From NCBI GenBank assembly GCA_964016885.1, contig OZ024741.1, positions 205,530,001-205,594,000 on the forward strand: 64,000 nt of DNA, read 5' to 3'. The notes under the pieces were generated by a model that searched no databases, was not told where the DNA came from, and worked only from the letters and a program-made list of their open reading frames with translations. Source of the stretch: Eledone cirrhosa. Lineage: Eukaryota. Positions 26,514-38,159 of the stretch are shown here, one piece after another. Every line of letters begins with the position of its first letter. Position 1 is the first letter of the stretch. The position numbers and the translations under genes are program-made.

Positions 26514-28263
26514 TAGAATATTCGAAAATATTCTGTATGTTTATAATAAACATTTTGAAGACCTAATCGCTATAGAATAGAATACGTCACGTATTACAAT
26601 TAGATTCTCGATAAAAGCAAGGGAAGTAATCTACGCGTTTCATTCTCGTTAGAACTCATCAGGACTACATATCCAGTGCTTTTATCGAGAATGACACAGC
26701 TAGAGACTTATAGAATACTTAGCTGTGTACAGGAACTGGTTTGAAAGAGCGGTTGCCGGTCCGGCAGAAATTAGAAATTGGAATAAATGCTCTGAAATAG
26801 CGATATATATGTGAATATAGACATAGAATATTCGAAAATATTCTGTATGTTTATAATAAACATTTTGAAGACCTAATCGCTATAGAATAGAATACGTCAC
26901 GTATTACAATTAGATTCTCGATAAAAGCAAGGGAAGTAATCTACGCGTTTCATTCTCGTTAGAACTCATCAGGACTACATATCCAGTGCTTTTATCGAGA
27001 ATGACACAGCTAGAGACTTATAGAATACTTAGCTGTGTACAGGAACTGGTTTGAAAGAGCGGTTGCCGGTCCGGCAGAAATTAGAAATTGGAATAAATGC
27101 TCTGAAATAGCGATATATATGTGAATATAGACATAGAATATTGTTCTAACGAGAATGAAACGCGTAGATTACTTCCCTTGCTTTTATCGAGAATCTAATT
27201 GTAATACGTGACGTATTCTATTCTATAGCGATTAGGTCTTCAAAATGTTTATTATAAACATACAGAATATTTTCGAATATTCTATGTCTATATTCACATA
27301 TATATCGCTATTTCAGAGCATTTATTCCAATTTCTAATTTCTGCCGGACCGGCAACCGCTCTTTCAAACCAGTTCCTGTACACAGCTAAGTATTCTATAA
27401 GTCTCTAGCTGTGTCATTCTCGATAAAAGCACTGGATATGTAGTCCTGATGAGTTCTAACGAGAATGAAACGCGTAGATTACTTCCCTTGCTTTTATCGA
27501 GAATCTAATTGTAATACGTGACGTATTCTATTCTATAGCGATTAGGTCTTCAAAATGTTTATTATAAACATACAGAATATTTTCGAATATTCTATGTCTA
27601 TATTCACATATATATCGCTATTTCAGAGCATTTATTCCAATTTCTAATTTCTGCCGGACCGGCAACCGCTCTTTCAAACCAGTTCCTGTACACAGCTAAG
27701 TATTCTATAAGTCTCTAGCTGTGTCATTCTCGATAAAAGCACTGGATATGTAGTCCTGATGAGTTCTAACGAGAATGAAACGCGTAGATTACTTCCCTTG
27801 CTTTTATCGAGAATCTAATTGTAATACGTGACGTATTCTATTCTATAGCGATTAGGTCTTCAAAATGTTTATTATAAACATACAGAATATTTTCGAATAT
27901 TCTATGTCTATATTCACATATATATCGCTATTTCAGAGCATTTATTCCAATTTCTAATTTCTGCCGGACCGGCAACCGCTCTTTCAAACCAGTTCCTGTA
28001 CACAGCTAAGTATTCTATAAGTCTCTAGCTGTGTCATTCTCGATAAAAGCACTGGATATGTAGTCCTGATGAGTTCTAACGAGAATGAAACGCGTAGATT
28101 ACTTCCCTTGCTTTTATCGAGAATCTAATTGTAATACGTGACGTATTCTATTCTATAGCGATTAGGTCTTCAAAATGTTTATTATAAACATACAGAATAT
28201 TTTCGAATATTCTATGTCTATATTCACATATATATCGCTATTTCAGAGCATTTATTCCAATTT
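26509..28263. repeat. 310-bp tandem array with internal inversion, one hammerhead per unit (retrozyme-like)
   Basis: Unit starts at 26511, 26821, 27131, then inverted from 27143 (period 27451, 27761, 28071); units appear identical; (TA)n on both flanks. Confidence 0.93.
27440..27482 (+). ncRNA. Minimal type I hammerhead ribozyme (also 27750-27792 and 28060-28102 on +; 26626-26668 and 26936-26978 on -)
   Basis: guaguc CUGAUGA guucu-aacg-agaau GAAA cgcg UA gauuac; stem I extended by AUUCUCGAUAAAAGCA/UGCUUUUAUCGAGAAU. Confidence 0.85.
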
Positions 28264-29359
28264 ATATATATATATATATTTAATACAATAACAGAGATAG
28301 TTTAAAGCTAAACTCTGACTGGTAACCATCTCACTCAACAAACATTAGGTTATATTTTAATATAAACCCAATTTAAGTGTTTGGGGTGCTAACAATATGT
28401 ATTATGTGGAAAAGCCAGTTGTATTATTTTATGAGATATAATTAAAGTTAAAATACATCTCTCTTTCCAAACAATTGTTTCATTATAAGTTTTCTACAAA
28501 TTGGGAGAATATTTCCAGTTTATGTAGAAGCCTAATATACATTCATGTAAGAATATATTTAGGTGGGCGCTTATAAATCATCAGTGGAAGCCCATTAAAC
28601 TTTGATATAAGAAAAAAATTCTTTATTTAAATGTATAGAAGGTTGGCCGTATGTGTGTGTGCGCGCATGTGTATGTATATATATGTACGTTTGAATAGGA
28701 CATGCCTACCCAATTGATACAGAACAGTCAGAAGGCTCGTGGCGGCATGTATCAACAAGTGTGTGTGACTGGGTCCATGGGAGTGAGGGAGAGAGGGTGT
28801 GTGAGTATATATACTGCGATGTATGTATGTGGCGGTGTGGGTGGCTGCGCATGTAGACGTACGAGTGTGAATGCATAGATAGGTATGTGTCTGAATATGT
28901 GTGTTATGTGTTTATTCTAGTATGTGTGGGTGCTTACCCTGAAGTGTGAGCAGACGTGTGAAGTACTGAACCCAGCATGACTCCATTGAAATGTGAAATG
29001 TGTCGGACGGAAAATGGTTGATGAACCGTGTGGCAGCAGATACTGACCAGAACTTGTGATGACGTGGAGAAAAAACAGCCAATGGCTTGACAAGAGTGGA
29101 AACAGGGTTTTTTGAGGGTATTGTTTCGATGATAACACCCCAGTGATAAAATGTGCTCCGGACATAATACCAGTGTCTGAAAGAACCCGCAAAAGTAGAA
29201 TCAGCCAGATCCATACAAGAACCATGACTCGAGCTACATGCCGGCGAAACATTTGTAACACGAAATAAACTAACTTATAATATCTACACTCTACTCTGAT
29301 GAATATCGAGTGCTAATTTTGGCATACCGCCTACGGAAGCACCATAGCTACCACTATAC

Positions 29360-29424
<65 letters not shown>

Positions 29425-29526
29425 TTTACACATACACCAATTAAACAAAGTCACAGGTATATATGTGTTTTTGCAACTTTTCACGATGTGGCTCAATGGA
29501 GAATTAATAAATTAATCAGAGCGAAA

Positions 29527-30188
29527 TACTATAGAGTAAAGCATGTCCAGAGAATTATTTGATAATATATATACATCATCTCTACTCCCAATCAGCATAA
29601 TTAACCACACAAAAAATCAATTAGACCAGGCTATAAGAATAAAAGGCATCTATGAAAAAACAGTAAATAAATACTCCATCGCGGCCTCTTCGCGTGCAAC
29701 AGCTATAGAATATTTACCCAACATTTCGACAGCACGTGAAAATTAATTAAATACACGGTCAACCATACATAATTAGGTAAAAATTAATGTTAGAAATGCT
29801 TATATACATACCAGGACTAAATCACTAAATCCCGACCCTTTGGTTTCGGTCACATTTGAGATACCTTATTTAAGGTTCATACTCGAGTTTTAGAGCTCTT
29901 CAGGGGATAAACTCACTAGGACATATTATTTTCTGAAGTGGCCCCCGCCAAACACGAATTCAAAATGGTTGAGAACTGTGACGCGGCAGTGGTCAAGTCA
30001 GGAAGGGTGTGATTGGTTGCTTACGGCGAGTGGGTTGGTTGCTAGAAAGCGCAGCCCAATATCGCCCAAATTTTTATCTCAACCTTATGGGAGATTATTA
30101 TTTTGTGTGGTTAATTATGGTGATTGGGAGTAGAGATGATGTATATATATTATCAAATAATTCTCTGGAGATGCTTTACTCTATAGTA
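29527..30188. mobile_element. Non-coding element with ~90-bp inverted termini
   Basis: 29527-29615 is the reverse complement of ~30100-30188; between (TA)n tracts. Confidence 0.7.
29829..29908 (-). ncRNA. Type I hammerhead with long stem II and GUC site
   Basis: Minus strand: auccc CUGAAGA g...accuua-aa-uaaggu...c GAAA cc-aaag-gg UC gggau. Confidence 0.7.
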
Positions 30189-30189
30189 T

Positions 30190-30280
<91 letters not shown>

Positions 30281-30355
30281 GAAGGAAGTGTGGTAAGGAA
30301 CCAGATGGACCATAACGCACCAGAGTACTCAATACTTAGGGTAGTAGAGTGGGTA

Positions 30356-30464
30356 ATAAGAAAATGTTTGACTCCGACGGCAGAGCTCAAGCCGTTTCGA
30401 CGGCTATTTCCAGAAATAGTCGTCGAAACGGCTTGAGCTCTGCCGTCGGGATCAAACATTTTCT

Positions 30465-30467
<3 letters not shown>
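30356..30467. repeat. Near-perfect ~55-bp-arm hairpin
   Basis: ATAAGAAAATGTTTGA.TCCGACGGCAGAGCTCAAGCCGTTTCGACGGCTATTT immediately followed by its reverse complement. Confidence 0.9.
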
Positions 30468-30538
<71 letters not shown>

Positions 30539-30541
30539 TTT

Positions 30542-30940
30542 GTATACGTACATACATATATGTATACAGACGTATAATAGTATGCATATATATATACATA
30601 CATGCACACATATATAGATGTACGTATGGATTTACCGAACATTTATTATAATGTTCGGTTTGTTTGTAAACAAACAGCCCGAATTACACCGTACAGTGTT
30701 CGGTGCTGACGATAGCTAATAAGCTTGAAACTAGTTCATCGTTCCTTTGTCAGCGTTGAACAAAAGGGCAACGATGGTTGCCGAACACCGTTCGGTGTAA
30801 TTCGGGATGTTTGTTTATAAACAAACCGAACATTATAATAAATGTTCGGTAAACCCATACGTACATATATATATGTGTGCATGTATGTATATATATACAT
30901 ACTACTATACGTCTGTATACATATATGTATGTACGTATAG
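30542..30940. repeat. Fold-back element, ~160-bp inverted arms with a hammerhead in the spacer
   Basis: 30542-30703 vs 30780-30940 are reverse complements with few mismatches. Confidence 0.85.
30701..30741 (+). ncRNA. Minimal type I hammerhead motif
   Basis: cggug CUGACGA u agcu-aaua-agcu u GAAA cuag UU caucg; palindromic stem III. Confidence 0.7.
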
Positions 30941-31004
30941 ATACTTATACTTAGGTATCAGCCGTACTAAGAGTGAGAAATAAAATTTCGTTTCATTCTT
31001 TTCC

Positions 31005-31097
<93 letters not shown>

Positions 31098-31218
31098 CGT
31101 GTGCGTGTGTGTGTGTGTGTGTGTTAAGTATTTCAGTAGAAATGGTAAAGGAAAGAAGAGTGCTCTATGTATAGTACAGAGCTATTTAATTAGATAATAA
31201 ACAACACAATATAATTAT

Positions 31219-31277
31219 TCCATTACCAAAGGTTTCAGGAGACCTTATAGAAATGCCCAGTTCGTTCATCAAATGAA
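31219..31277 (-). ncRNA. Variant/decayed hammerhead motif
   Basis: Minus strand: uucau UUGAUGA ... GAAA cc-uuu-gg UA augga; C3 is U and stem II pairs poorly. Confidence 0.4.
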
Positions 31278-31489
31278 GTAGTTATGTTTTGGGGATAAGA
31301 TTTGAAATTAATATCTATTAAAAATAAAAGTGAGGCTGAGCTAAAACATCTTATAACAGAAAATATATATATACATGTACACACACATAAAAATACATTT
31401 TATATCCCTATAGTTAATAGACTCTATATATATATATATATTTATATTTATTTTTTTAAACGTTGGTCAATCAAAGATAAACATTCATG

Positions 31490-31755
31490 CTACTCATCAT
31501 GCCTGCCAAGCATGTTGGTAGAGAATGTAGGTCAGCAGCAGGGCTCAAACAAATTGCAAAATTACATGAAATCCAACCACAGTCGGCTATTGCCAGTGAA
31601 TGTTTTGGTTGCCAACTCTGTGCAAGACATTTGAGATCATTGGCTGGGCTAAGAAGCCACATTCGATCGCAACACCGTTAATTATTAATGTGTATGTGTG
31701 TTCATTTTTTGTGTGCAATAGCCACACCCGATAAAGAAGGGGCAGCCGAAAGATA
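31490..31755 (+). mobile_element. 3' fragment of probable RTE-type LINE with C2H2 finger (second copy at ~32800-32985)
   Basis: CQLCARHLRSLAGLRSHIRSQH immediately before a stop; duplicated in direct orientation ~1.3 kb downstream. Confidence 0.5.
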
Positions 31756-31785
31756 GTTATTTTAGATCATCTCTATTTTATTATA

Positions 31786-32780
31786 TACTAGCAGCAGGTC
31801 TCGGTGTTGCACGGGGTAGGAAACGTGAAATAGCAACACGCATAAGCAAATATTGAGGAATGTAGCTGTGTACTTTTTGAATTCCCTTATTCTCAGGGAA
31901 TGATTGTTCATCTACTGGAAATGTAGAACACCAGCAGGCCGAATCCAGTAGTACCAGTGTCAGTGGGCTGATTGCGGAAATTCTGTATGCGAAAGGAGTA
32001 AGTGTTGTGGGGCGATGTATGTCGTAGGTCTGTTCACGAATTACGTCACGGATGGGGAACATACGTCAGTCTGAAGTAGCGACGTAGTCAATTGTGTGAA
32101 AACCAAGTAGGGATGTACGTTTAAATAGGGATATTGAGATGGCGAAATCAGCGTGGCACCGCAGCTGCAGCAGGAGGGGGTCATAGTGCAATTAGCACAA
32201 ATGCTGGGCGACACTGGCTGCACTGTGTTTACACAGCAACAAAGGTGCGACAAAAGGGGTCACCGCGGAATTAGCACAACCATTGTTCGGCGTACTTGCG
32301 CACGGCATTCATACTGCGGTGTATGTGCAACAAAAGGGGTCTTAGTAGAAGTAGCACAGACGTGAGTTTTACGGTGTCAATAACATGTTAACGTACACAG
32401 GGCCCGGATTTGCGCGTGATGAAAGCACGAAGCGTCCTCCTCATTTCCCCAATCCCCCGAAATTAGTCCTGCTTAAAAGTAAGTGTTGTCTCCTCTGTTA
32501 AATAAACCAAATATTTAATGAAATATTATACGCTACTTATGATGTTTAAGTAGCGTTTATATTGAAAATGAGAATGGGCAATGCTAATTCGTAAATATCC
32601 TAGAAACTATTAATGGAATCGGAAATGTTTTTTGTTCACAGCAATGCGAGGGGACTAACTAATGTGTGCTGCAAATTTCGAGGAAATCGGCTGGATCATG
32701 TTTAAGTTACGCCTCAAAAAAGCCTAAAAATGACTTTAAAATGTTGTTTTTCGCCTAGGGCAGAAATAGTTAAAATTTGA
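31786..32780 (+). mobile_element. Possible non-autonomous Helentron/HINE-like element
   Basis: Starts TACTAGC...CTCGGTGTTGCACGGG (hairpin-like end typical of HINEs) and carries a CAAATTTCGAGGAAATCGG motif near 32672; right boundary uncertain. Confidence 0.35.
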
Positions 32781-33414
32781 CTACCAGGCTGCTGCAAGAG
32801 ATGCTACTCATCATGCCTGTCAAGCATGTGGAAGAGAGAGTAGATCAGCAGGAGGGCTCAAACGACATGCAAAAGTGCAAGAAATCCAACCACAGCCGGC
32901 TATTGCCAGTGGTTGCCAACTCTGCATTTTAGATCATTGGCTGGGCTAAAAAGCCACATTTGATCGCAGCACCGTTAATTGTTATTGTGTGTGTGTGTGT
33001 ATATGTATGTGTGGGGTTTTTTTTGTGTGTGTGTATGTGTGTGTATGTGTGTGTATGTGTGTATGTATATGTATGTGTATATGTATATATAGATATGTAT
33101 ATGTGTGTGTATGTGTATGCGTCTATGTGTATGTGTGTGTGTGTATATGTATATACATATATATATATTTTTTATTTAATTTTAATTTTTTATTATTGTT
33201 GTTGTTGTTTGTGGTCAGAGACTTGTGAAGATCAGGGTGACCCACGTTCTACCGGCCATCGAAATTCCCTGGCTAATGGCTGCCGTCCTCGCCGGCATCG
33301 AGGCCAAAACGAAAATAATTGAAATAACAAAAGAAAAGCAGGAGAACTGGTCCGGATCTGGGATGGAGCTCCTGATCCAAGCGGACCCCAAAAAACATTG
33401 AGGAAATTCCAGAG

Positions 33415-34053
33415 GTGATAAACCTCACTGATGGCAGCCACCTCACCGTAATCGTCGAGGGTAGAAGGCCTAGGTGTGTCGTTTGTGGTGAAGGAACCCA
33501 CCTAAAGGCTTTCTGCCCTCAGGCTAAAAAGTTGAGGCCACCTCTCTTACCCACCCCAGTGACTCAACCATCAACACCACCAGCAGCAGAAATGGCAGCA
33601 ACAACTGTAGCAGCAACAAAAGAAGCAACAACCCCAGCAACAGTAGCAAAACCAACACCACCACCCACCGCGCCAGAACTAGCACCAGCGCCTCCACCAT
33701 CCACCACACCACAACCAAAACCAACGCCTGTGGAGGATTTTCCACTTCCCGACCTATCGCAACTGGAGATAGATTGTGACGACGAGGAGTGGAAAACTGT
33801 ATCAGGAAAAAAGAAAAAAAGAAAAAGTACCCCAAAAAGAAAAAAATCCTCTTCCTTCCCCCTCCAAAAACAAAATACAGGCGAAACAAATAAACTAACA
33901 AACAAAAAAGTTAGGACAGCTATGCCACCATCCACACCAGCATCACCAACCCCATCACCACAAACACCAACACCATCACCATCATTAACCCCAACACCAC
34001 CATCACCAACACCACAAAAGTCACCAAAACGCGAAACAGAAACAAACACATAA
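33415..34053 (+). pseudogene. LINE ORF1 fragment (gag-like CCHC knuckle, Pro/Thr- and Lys-rich)
   Basis: EGRRPRCVVCGEGTHLKAFCP; frameshifted upstream, stop downstream. Confidence 0.8.
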
Positions 34054-34412
34054 CAAACGCAAACAAAACAACCCAAACGATACACACTACACAGTATTAA
34101 ATTTGAACAACAACCAATTATTACACTACATCCAACACAACACCAGCATCACAGAAAAAGACTACATAACACCCCAAACATTCACACCACCTCCACACAT
34201 ACAAATCACTCGCAGCACACAGAAAACGTACACGACACTAAAACAAAAATTCCCCAAAGACATCGGAGACTTCCGACAAGCATTCTCCAGGAGGATTTAT
34301 AAGGACATCCTTCGGGAGGAGGCCACAAACAGTGAGAAGGATGGAGAAACCATCCTTCCTCTACGAGAAGTAAGGTAAGTGGTCTTTCCCATCTTTTCCA
34401 CTCCATTTCAAC

Positions 34413-37400
34413 ATGACCTCACTCAGAATAGGCAGCATAAATGCGCGTGGCTTGGGGTCGTCATGGAAGCAGGGCCACCTGCTCAACGACCTCAGGTCAC
34501 TAAACATAGATGTGGTGGCCATCAGCGAGACCAGAATCTCCAAAGCACGCGCCTTCGCACCGATCTTCGGCGGCTACGATGTGTACGCATCTCCCAGCCG
34601 TCCTGGATCGGGGGGAGGAGTTGCTGTGCTTTTTCGGAGAGGTTTGGATCTCGCCATACGAGCCATCTTCCTGGACCCAGAAGGTAATTTAGTGGTGCTG
34701 GACGTGACCAGCGGAGACGAGCAAGCTTTCAGGCTAGTGGTCGTCTATGCTCCGACAGGAGCAGAGCGGCCTGATTTCTTCCGGCGTGTGGAGACCTTTC
34801 TTGGAACGTCCCGCTCTTTAGTGTTAGTGGGCGACTGGAACGGGATCTTAGATGCACGCTGGGACTGTGTGAGATTAGCGGAGAGGGGAGGAGGGTGCAA
34901 GAGCCTCACCAACCTGCTCAAGCGTTTTGAACTGTCTGACAGGTACCGATTGGATTTCCCGAATGTGCCAATGTGGACTTGGACAAACCGCATAGGGTCA
35001 TCCAGATCATATCTAGATAGAGTATTTTGTAGGGAAATAGATAGGTCTAGCATAGGCTGTCCACAATTCAAGATAGTCAGCTACACGGACCACAAATTCG
35101 TGATCTGTGTGGTTGACTTAGATAGGCTTCATAGATAAGGACCCGGCTACTGGAAGCTAAACGCGCCATTACCAGCGCGCAAGGCCTACAGAGACCGGAT
35201 TAGCGAACTAGTTAAGCGGGCGTTGACGGGGGCCATCGTCAACAACAAGTGGTGGTTTGCTCTGAAAAGAGCGATTAGAATAAGGTCCATTAGATTTAGT
35301 AAGGCTTTAGCAATAGAGAAAAATAGAGCAGAGGGAGAACTAGTTAGAAAATTAGACGAGGCGCTTAGCAAAGGCTTCGCGACCGACGTACTTGCGGCGA
35401 AATTGACCCTTGACCAATTCTTCAATGCAAAGCACGAAGGCTGCGTTGTCAGAGCTAGGGTGCGTGTTCTCAGACATGAGAGGACGAAAGCCGTTCAATG
35501 GGCTCGAGTGGCGGAGGCGCGTCGTGGGAACAAAGCCACGATCCGGTCTTTGGTGGACCACGACGGGCGCATGCTACTCGATGCCGGGCAAATGTGTGAA
35601 GCTTTTCAGCGACACTTCGCTCAACTGTTCGGGGGCAGCGGCGGGCCGGATCGAGGGATGGACTTTAGTGTCTACCTCGACGGACTGCCGCGGCTCTCGG
35701 CCACTGAGGCGGAGTGTTGGGAAAAGCTGATAACAACAGCTGAAGTACGGGAGGCAACGACTGGCTGCGCAAGGGGTAAATCGCCTGGTTTGGATGGTTT
35801 GCCCTATGAACTTTACGTACAGATGCCAGACTTGTTCGGAGGCCTCTTGGCGGACGTCTACTGCACAGCGTTCAAGAATTTGGCCAAGGTACTAGCAAAG
35901 AGGTTGGCGCTTGTCGTTGGTGGTCTGGTGGGAGAGGCGCAGACATGCGCCATTCCCGACAGATCCATCCACGACAACCTCCACCTAATGCGATACATTA
36001 GCTAGGGAACCTGGCACGGGTGGGTCCTTGATCAATTTAGATCAATTGAAAGCCTTCGATAGGGTCGACCATCGTTATCTGGCGGCAGTCCTGAGGGCGG
36101 CTGGCTTTGGGTACATCTTCAGAGGCTGGATCGCTGCCATGCACAGCGATATCTGCTCTGTGGTGAGAGTGAACGGTCACCTTTCAGAACCGTTCAACAT
36201 CATGCGCTCGGTCCGCCAAGGATGTCTCCTCTCGTCCCTCTTGTACGCATTGACTCTCGAGCCATTACTGCACAAACTGGAAACATTGAGAGGGGACCCG
36301 CGCGAACTAGGATGCGGAAGATCCGTGTCAGCATATGCGGTGTCGAACGCCAAACACATCGAGGCGATCGGCACTAGACTAAGAGAATACGAAGCGGTGA
36401 CAGGAGCAATGATCAACCAGGAAAAGTCGGTGGGCCTGCAGCTCGGCACCTGGAGAGGCAGGTCCATGCCGTCCAACAGCGTCGTCGGGCGCTGGACGGG
36501 CGGACCGGTTAAATTGCTAGGGGTCTGGTTCGGTCCGGAGCTCCAGACGGACAAAAACTGGGACGAGGTGACGAGCAGGGTGGCTTCTCTCACCCAGAAA
36601 TGGGCGGAGTGGAAGCTATCCCTGAAAGGTCGAGCGGAGGTGGCTAACGCGTACATCGCGTCCGTCATCTACTACCGCCTGACCGTCGTGCCTTGTCCTA
36701 AGCCTCGCCTGACTGCGCTGGAGCGTTTGCTCTTTCGCTTTTTGTGGAAGGGACGCCCTCCGATCGTCAGGCGGTCCATCTGCTGTCAACACCCGCTACG
36801 TGGAGGGCTGGGCATGCCGTGGCTGATGATGCGCAGACACGCGCTCAGGCTACGACATCTCCACCTCTTCCTCGACGGTGATCAGGTGTAGTCGCCGTTT
36901 GCTAGACGCGTCTTTCCCCAGCTCGTCTCCTTGACGGAGCTGCAGTCGTGGGTCAAGCGAAGACCGAGAGGGAGCGCTTGGAGACTGGAATGTCTTCAGG
37001 CGCTCACAGCCCTCGACCAATCGGGCAATGTGATCGGTGGAAACTCCACCTTGGCGTTTTATAGAGGATTAGTGGAGGGGAAGAGTGACGATGTACTCGG
37101 GGAAACTCTAGGCGTCGACGAAAATCAATTAGCCAATCCCTTCTGAAGAACTTTCGGGCCGGGGCCTATGGACAACTTCCAGAAATCCCTGGCCTGGCAG
37201 TGCTACCGAGGAGCTTTGCCAGTTCTGGATAAACTCTACAGGCATGGTGGTGCCGTCAGCCGGGCATGTCAGAGATGCGCGCTGGGCCACGAAACCGTCC
37301 TGCACGCACTCGTCCAGTGTCCGAGCATTGCTGACTTGTGGGTTTATGTCGAACACCTGCTGTCGCGTGTAGGACGGATCCAGCTATCAGCTGAGTCCAT

Positions 37401-37683
37401 CGTGAGGATTGCCCCACCCTCTTCCTTTAGCCGGGAAGGGCAGGCAATTTTTATCTGTCTGGTGGCCATGGCGAAAGTGATAGTATGGTGGACACGTTTG
37501 AAAGGGTTGAAGACGAGCACTTACCTCTTCGGTGATGCCTTGATTAACTTTTTCAAATTTCATTTAAAAAGGAAAATCAGGGTAGAGAGGGAAGTGCTCT
37601 CTGCCCAGCATTTTATTGAAAGATGGGTGAGAGAGGCAAGAATGGCCCGGGTGAATGGGCCTACTCTGCGTATGTGCCTGTAA
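34413..37683 (+). pseudogene. LINE ORF2 (APE endonuclease, RT, zinc knuckle), disrupted
   Basis: SINARGL, SET, YAP, GDWN, SYLDR, TDH; KSPGLDG, KAFDRVDH, VRQGC; in-frame stops, an internal RT deletion near 35865, and loss of the catalytic DD (SAYAVS). Confidence 0.9.
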
Positions 37684-38085
37684 ATTGAAGGTGGAAAACC
37701 GGGAAAGGGCACTTGCCCTGGTGGTCAGGGTCACCGTGGCTTTTTTAATGGGCTTTCTCCACGAATGTCCCTCGGAAGTCTCCCCCCTATTGGGGAATCT
37801 TTCGTTGTTTTTTTTTGTTACATCCTCTGTTTTTTATTTTTTTTTACACGCAGAAATGCCCATTTGTACCGTCCTGTATAGTCCTGTACTCTCCTTAATG
37901 TCTACTTTATGTAAACCCTTGTGATTAATAAAGAAAGCATTATTGTTGTTGTTGTTGTTGTTGTTGTTGTTAATTAATTAATTAATTAATTAATTTATTT
38001 ATTTTCGTGCAATGGCCATACTCGATAACGGGGGGGGGGGGGGGGCAGCCATCATATATATGGTGTGCATATGTCTATATATATA

Positions 38086-38152
<67 letters not shown>

Positions 38153-38159
38153 CATATAT

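Larger units (their letters stand above)
33210..37945 (+). mobile_element. Tx1/L1-type LINE, 5'-truncated within ORF1
   Basis: ORF1 with CCHC knuckle, ORF2 APE-RT-zinc knuckle, 3' UTR with AATAAAGAAAGC+(ATT/GTT)n tail. Confidence 0.92.

Noticed and set aside
26509-28263. CRISPR-like regular array
   Set aside because: Whole units are identical with no unique spacers, no cas genes, and the context is eukaryotic.
28510-28590. Minus-strand CTGATGA followed by a long hairpin
   Set aside because: GAAA/stem III/UH cannot be placed together with stem I.
31487-31681. Host C2H2 zinc-finger gene exon
   Set aside because: Short, duplicated nearby with decay, no TGEKP linkers; better explained as a LINE 3' end.
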